A DNA stretch of 32,000 bases from Edaphobacter aggregans (lineage in GTDB: Bacteria > Acidobacteriota > Terriglobia > Terriglobales > Acidobacteriaceae), in NCBI RefSeq assembly GCF_003945235.1, contig NZ_RSDW01000001.1:5490001-5522000 (forward strand), written 5' to 3'. The notes below the pieces were generated by a model. It made no database searches. It saw nothing but the letters and a program-made list of their open reading frames with translations, and was not told where the DNA came from. This document shows positions 26,782 through 32,000 of this stretch, piece by piece. The translations under genes were made by a program, and so were the position numbers. Position 1 is the stretch's first letter. Every line of letters begins with the position of its first letter.

Positions 26782-26804
26782 ACGTGAAAGCCTGTTCTTC
26801 ACGT
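26782..26804 (-). terminator. Weak hairpin after the GH-like gene
   Basis: acgtgaa-N9-ttcacgt (7-bp stem) lies about 15 nt past the stop at 26819 and is followed on the minus strand by a TTCTATTT tract. Confidence 0.3.
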
Positions 26805-26818
26805 CCGCGGCGCTACTA

Positions 26819-28394
26819 TCAAACTTTACGCTCTTCGAGCGCAAGAACCAGACCTGGGCTAGATAGGTCTCCTGGCGTCGCCGCAGAAAGTCCAACCTTT
26901 CGCATCAGGGGGCGTGAGAACTGCAATCTTTTTTCACTCCTGCCGATCTGGTGCGTGATGTCCTCGGCACGATCACCCTTGAGGTCCTGGGCGAAGACTC
27001 GGTGCTCGCCCAGTGGCCTGTCGAAGACAAGGGTGAGGCTTGAGAGATCGCCGAAGATACCGAAGGGTCCTGGCGCATCGCCGACCTCTAACGTGATGTG
27101 AGCTTCCGGCATGTGCCAGGCTCGGGACGGTGCAGTGCGTTCTTGCGCGCCGATCGCTACCGCTCCATTAGGAAAACGTGCGGCAAATACGAATGGTTTC
27201 TCTCCCGTACTCCGCACCGAAGGAAGATCAAGATTCCGTGTGAGGCATGCGGGTGCGCCCTGCCGGACGATTTGTCCGATGAGGTCGTTCTGCCATGTTT
27301 GCCCGCGCTCGAACCGCCAGCTGTCAGTCAGAACATCCTCGCTGACCTTAACTGTTCCTGACCCGGGCGAGAAAGGTTGCGCGAGTCGCTGCCATCTCAA
27401 CGCGCGAACAACTTCGTCCATGCGACGCTTTGTCTGCCGCGGACCATTAAAGAAGAGGTCTGTGTCCGGCCCGGGGCGCAGTCCTTTGAGCGGATGACGG
27501 AGGATGCCCATCGTGCAACCAAGAACGGCAGAGACGTACACTTCATCTTCAACGTTGAGCAGGCTGGATATCTCAGGGTGACCCTCAGCCCCTCTAAGCA
27601 TCTCTGCTACTCGATCAAGAGTTGTGGGCAGGGAGAGTATCGAAGTGACGTCATAGGTGCGGTAGACGTCGGTGTGAGCGAGAATATCAAGACGGCGGGA
27701 GCCCCAAGGCTGCGAGCCGAACCTACCAGCCTTGCGCCAGTCTCCATTCACAGGCAACTCGCCATATACGTGCTCCAACGTTAGTGGAAGGCGTGTCTGG
27801 TCACGCAGCGCAGTCAGACGAAAGGATGGATCGCCGATGTCGATCTTCCAGTAGCCGATGTCTGCCTTTGCGCTCCAGTCTTCGAGGCGCCTGTCTGCCT
27901 CTCCGCCGGGAGGATTGCGGCACCACAGGGCAATACCACGCCATTGCTCTTGGCGAGCCTTGCGATTTAGGGAAGCCAGTCGTTCCACGGGCGTTCCCGA
28001 GAAAGATGGAAATTTCTTCGGATCCAGTTCGAAGGTGGCGGTTCCGCCAGTTTCCCATCCGTCATCGAGCAGGAGGTAGACGTCGCTTCGAGCCTGCGGA
28101 TAGAAAAACTTTGCCCATCCATCGGCGCCGAATAGCTGATGCTCCCCGATTGCATCGCGTGCTAATGCACTGCCCGAGTCTCCTTCGAGGATAGAAGGGT
28201 CCAGCTCCGGCAGGTTGTGACCGTACATATAGTTTTGAGCAGCCCACGTGCACCAGTAGTTCGGAGCCTTTCCTGGCTGTGACGGTATCAGGTTGTTTTT
28301 TCCGTTCAGCCTTGCGCTCAGGTGCGCCGAGCGCCTTGCGGCCCGTCAGCAAAGTGGCTGCGGCTCCTGTCAGAAAGCTCCTTCTGTCCACCAT
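26819..28394 (-). pseudogene. Tat-signal glycoside-hydrolase-like protein (clan GH-D / alpha-galactosidase-like TIM barrel), frameshifted at a 6-nt homopolymer
   Basis: The ATG at 28394 gives MVDRRSFLTGAAATLLTGRKALGAPERKAERK (Tat signal). The body is in the +1 frame: NNLIPSQPGKAPNYWCTWAAQNYMYGHN...YLLLDDGWE...IGYWKIDIGD. The frames meet at the T6 run 28296-28301 (A6 on the coding strand). Removing one base joins them seamlessly. Confidence 0.75.
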
Positions 28395-28465
28395 CCTGTA
28401 GATCCTTTCCGTATGGCATGTCGGTTCGGCGTCGCAAGACGTTGCGCCGGGATGAAGATTAAGGA

Positions 28466-28494
28466 GCAGCAAGCGCGCGTTGCGCGCTTGCTGC
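28466..28494 (-). terminator. Strong intrinsic-terminator-like hairpin after the TonB-dependent receptor gene
   Basis: gcagcaagcgcgc-gtt-gcgcgcttgctgc is a perfect 13-bp stem. It lies 9 nt downstream of the stop at 28503 and is followed on the minus strand by TCCTTAATCTT. It sits about 70 nt upstream of the GH-like gene start. Confidence 0.7.
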
Positions 28495-28502
28495 AATCGG
28501 AG

Positions 28503-31500
28503 TTAAAAGGTGAGATGGGCTCCGAGCTGGAACTGCCTGGGGTTGCCATTGGCTCCGCTGATCTGTCCGAAGTTGGCGTCCGAGAGATTGGTATCGGGAT
28601 TGGAGTAGTGCGGGGTATTGGACATGTTGAAGGAATCGGCCTGGACGGTGATCTTCACTTGTTCGTGAATCGTCTCAGTCTTGGAGAGCGATACGTCCGC
28701 GTTGTAGAAGCCCGGACCATGCACCTTCCCCGATCCGGAGGTGCCCAGTTGCAGTGGTCCGGGCGTTGTGAAGCAACTTGTATCGAACCACTTCGACACG
28801 GAACCGAAGGTCCTTACCGAGGAACAGGTCACATTGGCGCGGTTGGTCACGCCGCTGCCCAGGTTGTCGAATGCGGCGTTGAACGTTAGCGGCGTACCCG
28901 ATTGCAGCCTGGTGAAGGTGCTCAGCTGCCATCCCCCTGCCAGGATCTGCGCAGGCCGCGACGCTCCCGCCATCCAGCGCTCGCCACGGCCGAAGGGAAG
29001 CTTGTAGACAAGACTGGCGATAAAGTTCTGGGGGACGTTGGGGGCCTGGTTGGTGCCTTCGCCTCGGTTGTAGCGGTCATCAAGAGGCCACCACATGTTC
29101 ATGTCGTCGATCTCCTTCGACCAGGTGTAGTTCACCCGGCCAGTCAGACCGTGCATAAGGTTCATCTTGAACTCGGCCTGAAGACCGTGGTACATGGAGC
29201 CGCCGTCGGCCGTTGCATATCCGATGTTGGTCGCGTACTGCTGGCCCTGGCTATTGAAATACTGGTAAGGTAGCCGGGAGTTGAAAGGCGTGTTTCCTGG
29301 CGGAGGCGTGTTGATGTTGTACCGGCGGAACAGGTGAACGCCACGGGTTCCGACATATGTGATGCTGAACGACGCTGAGTTGGTGAGCCTCTGCTGCACT
29401 CCGAGGTTCCACGCATACGCCACGTCAGGCTGCATGTTCTTCGCCATAAAAGAGACGCCAACGCCGGGAGGGGACTGGACAGGCGCAGTGATCGGCGTCG
29501 GTACATATTGAGGAAGGCCGGTTACGCTGATGGACGGAAGTGGAACGTTCCGCCGCTGCGCAGGAGAGGTGAAGACCTGGAAGAAGGGAAAGTTACGCTC
29601 GAGGAACCCGCCCATCGCGCCGAAGTTTCCTGGAAAGTGCGTGACTCCAAATGCGCCGCTGAGGGTCGTATTGTTTTCGCTTGGCGTATACGCGAAACCG
29701 ACTCGCGGAGAGTAGCCACCATAGTAGTTGTCGACGTTCGGCGCGCGATTTCCATCGGTCGCGAAATCAAGCATACCCGTAGTCAGGTTGAAGTTGGACT
29801 GTTTATTGTTCTTGTCGATGGCAGCAGTGATCAGGTCCCAGCGAAGCGCTAGATTCAAGGTCAGATTTCTTCTGATACGATACTGATCCTGCGCATAGAC
29901 ACCCAGCAGGGTCGCGCGTGTCGCTGGCTTTGTGGCAACGAATCCGCGATCGGTGTTTGACGGCATTCCGAGCAGGAAGCTGGCGAACTGATTGCCTCCT
30001 GTGGGATTGGAACAGTTGGACTGCATGGTGCAGCTGCTGGTGTAGTCGGAAATATAGGTGAAATCACCATTTTTGTTGGCATCTGAGTTTGTAAGCGAGG
30101 CCTGCAACCGACGAAAGTCTCCCCCAAAGGTAAAAGTATGCGACCCCCACACCTTGGTGAGATTGTCAGTGAGCTGGTAGGAGTTGCTGATGCGGTGGGA
30201 GTTGGTCCATCCCTGCGAGCCAGTCTGGACGATGTTGCCGATGGAGAAGTTGCCGAAACCCGTAGCTCCAAAGGCGGCATCATTGCCGTTAGGGATCCCG
30301 ACTGCGGTGTTCTCGTTGGTTCCGTAGTCATTGCCGAAGTCAAGGGTATAGAAGCGGTTGAAGCCGAGCCGGAGCTCGTTGACCATGCTGGCCGAGAAAG
30401 TGTGGGTGTAGCCGATGGCAGCATTGTGGTCGCGCGTGGTTGCATTCACGTCACCGATCTGTACGAAAATTGTTCCGGGTGACGCCGCCGTCAGATCGCG
30501 GCGCTGGTAGGATTCGCGGACGAAGATACGATCACTTGGACCGAACTGGTAATCCCCCTTCACGTCGAATTGGTGGTTGTTGTCCGGCTCAACGGTGTTG
30601 GCGTTGTAATTGTTGCTGATTGCGTTTTGGTTGGTCGCCGTCGGCCAGATCGTGGTGCCATTGACCATGTTGGCGGACACCGTGTCGAACCGCGACTGCG
30701 GAATCAGCCAGGCATCCCCCTGCGGCGTGGTGACAGTGGCGAAGGGAGCTCTGGTTGTTGGGTCATAGATGGCGGCAGGGAACTGGCTCTTGAGGAAGGT
30801 CCCCTGTTTCATCAGGTCAGTTGGAACCGTCAGAATGTAGCTGATACCGTTGCGCAGCAGGAGTCCTTGGTAGTCGGCAAAGAAGAATGCCTTGTTGCGA
30901 ATGATCGGACCGCCAATCGAGCCGCCGAACTGATTGGCCCGATAGGGTGCCTTTGAGGTGGCCCTCCACTGATATGCGCTTAAGGCATCGTTGCGGAAGA
31001 ACCCATACGCCGAGCCGTGGAATGCGTTGGTACCGGATTTGATAAAGGCGTTTACCTGTGCTCCTCCATAGGTCCCTACGGTGATGTCGGCATTGTTGGT
31101 TGAGATCTTCAGCTCCTGGAGGGCATCAAGCGGCGGAGTGACATTGATAAAGGCATTCAGCAACTCCATATTGTTCACGCCGTCCAGCGTGTAGGTGGTT
31201 CCTCCCCATGGCATTCCGTTGACGCTGGCTGTGATTGAACCTGAGCTTCCAGCTCCAGCAGCCGCCTCGGGCGCGCTGCCAAATCCCGCTGCGACTGATC
31301 CAGGAACGGTTTGAACCAGTTGCGAGAAGATACGTCCGTTTAGCGGAAGGCTTGTGATGTCGTTGGCATTAAGAACCTCGCCCAACGAGGAACTCGTTGT
31401 ATCAACGAGCGGACTCGCTGAAGAGACAGTCACGGTTTCGCTGGTGGAGCCGGCCTTCATGGTCATATCCACGACGGTTGCGTTGTCGACCGTGACCACA

Positions 31501-31835
31501 TTGCCGTTGGAGACGATTGTCTGCAGGCCGGGAGCCTCGATCTTTAGCTGGTAGTTGCCTGGACGAAGGGTATCGGCCCTATACTGGCCGTTGCCGTTGG
31601 TCGTCACCTTGGTGATGGCGCCTGTGTCCTGATTCGAGATAGTTACGGCAGCATTGGGGATTACCGCACCCGTTGCGTCCACAAGTGTACCGACAATCCG
31701 TCCGCTGACACCTTGGGCCATCGCAACGCGGATCGCAACGAGCAGACAGATCAACAGGACAGCCTTTGTTGTCTGTATCGACGTGGTCGACCACTTTGGG
31801 AAAGTGGTTTTATTGTCTTGATATGTGTTCCGCAT
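28503..31835 (-). CDS. TonB-dependent outer-membrane receptor with N-terminal CarboxypepD_reg-like domain
   Basis: 1110 aa with GGAGGAGG upstream. The signal peptide ends in VAMAQG. The carboxypeptidase-regulatory-like beta-sandwich reads GRIVGTLVDATGAVIPNAAVTISNQDTG...GQYRADTLRPGNYQLKIEAPG. A long beta-barrel body follows, with a C-terminal aromatic residue (..QLGAHLTF). Confidence 0.9.
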   Translation of the reverse strand: MRNTYQDNKTTFPKWSTTSIQTTKAVLLICLLVAIRVAMAQGVSGRIVGTLVDATGAVIPNAAVTISNQDTGAITKVTTNGNGQYRADTLRPGNYQLKIEAPGLQTIVSNGNVVTVDNATVVDMTMKAGSTSETVTVSSASPLVDTTSSSLGEVLNANDITSLPLNGRIFSQLVQTVPGSVAAGFGSAPEAAAGAGSSGSITASVNGMPWGGTTYTLDGVNNMELLNAFINVTPPLDALQELKISTNNADITVGTYGGAQVNAFIKSGTNAFHGSAYGFFRNDALSAYQWRATSKAPYRANQFGGSIGGPIIRNKAFFFADYQGLLLRNGISYILTVPTDLMKQGTFLKSQFPAAIYDPTTRAPFATVTTPQGDAWLIPQSRFDTVSANMVNGTTIWPTATNQNAISNNYNANTVEPDNNHQFDVKGDYQFGPSDRIFVRESYQRRDLTAASPGTIFVQIGDVNATTRDHNAAIGYTHTFSASMVNELRLGFNRFYTLDFGNDYGTNENTAVGIPNGNDAAFGATGFGNFSIGNIVQTGSQGWTNSHRISNSYQLTDNLTKVWGSHTFTFGGDFRRLQASLTNSDANKNGDFTYISDYTSSCTMQSNCSNPTGGNQFASFLLGMPSNTDRGFVATKPATRATLLGVYAQDQYRIRRNLTLNLALRWDLITAAIDKNNKQSNFNLTTGMLDFATDGNRAPNVDNYYGGYSPRVGFAYTPSENNTTLSGAFGVTHFPGNFGAMGGFLERNFPFFQVFTSPAQRRNVPLPSISVTGLPQYVPTPITAPVQSPPGVGVSFMAKNMQPDVAYAWNLGVQQRLTNSASFSITYVGTRGVHLFRRYNINTPPPGNTPFNSRLPYQYFNSQGQQYATNIGYATADGGSMYHGLQAEFKMNLMHGLTGRVNYTWSKEIDDMNMWWPLDDRYNRGEGTNQAPNVPQNFIASLVYKLPFGRGERWMAGASRPAQILAGGWQLSTFTRLQSGTPLTFNAAFDNLGSGVTNRANVTCSSVRTFGSVSKWFDTSCFTTPGPLQLGTSGSGKVHGPGFYNADVSLSKTETIHEQVKITVQADSFNMSNTPHYSNPDTNLSDANFGQISGANGNPRQFQLGAHLTF

Positions 31836-32000
31836 AGATCAGCCTCCTCCGGAATGCCTTTCCTGTTGGTCCGCCCCGTGCGACGGCCCCGTTCTTCTCG
31901 AACTACTGCTATACAGGTGGGGCAGCCTTCTGTTTCCGTCAGCGCTCGCAACCCTACTAAGAGAATCAACGGATGCCTAGTTACGGAAGGGATACAAATA

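Noticed and set aside
1-32000. CRISPR arrays, rRNA, prophage or known defence-system genes, toxin-antitoxin pairs.
   Set aside because: I saw no spaced direct repeats and no rRNA-like conserved blocks. None of the translated ORFs shows nuclease, helicase, methylase, Cas or phage structural motifs.

Overview
About 58-60% G+C by eye. Likely an Acidobacteriota (Terriglobia-type) chromosomal segment. That guess rests only on gene content: a CarboxypepD_reg-type TonB-dependent receptor, a TIGR03118-like propeller protein, a soluble multi-PAS kinase and several Tat-exported enzymes. Layout, left to right. (1) A decayed IS110-family transposase cut by the window edge. (2) A tightly packed same-strand cluster, 979-10753: a cNMP-binding/Grx-like/TrxR-like flavoprotein, Zn-ADH, ALDH, a SnoaL-like protein and an NmrA-like protein, then a 5-PAS histidine kinase and two FixJ/LuxR response regulators, with ATGA overlaps at two junctions. 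(3) An exported VOC protein, a DUF1111-type di-haem protein and a small secreted protein. (4) About 600 bp of degenerate, more A+T-rich DNA. (5) A TIGR03118-like secreted protein with an odd C-terminal tail. (6) A divergent pair: a PAP2/vanadium-haloperoxidase-like protein and a Tat ferritin-like protein. (7) An operon of a Tat metallophosphoesterase, a di-haem cytochrome c and a HEAT-like protein, lying divergent to an ECF sigma/anti-sigma in-frame fusion that lacks sigma region 4. (8) A small ORF interrupted by TGA, a fused DhaK/DhaL dihydroxyacetone kinase and a 3' tRNA-Phe fragment. (9) A Tat-signal GH-D-like hydrolase frameshifted at a homopolymer, and a 1110-aa TonB-dependent receptor. 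I saw no CRISPR array, rRNA, intact tRNA, recognisable defence system or prophage module. The items most worth a second look are gene-decay and fusion events and the redox/aldehyde sensory cluster. I cannot support a clear-cut novel system from sequence alone.
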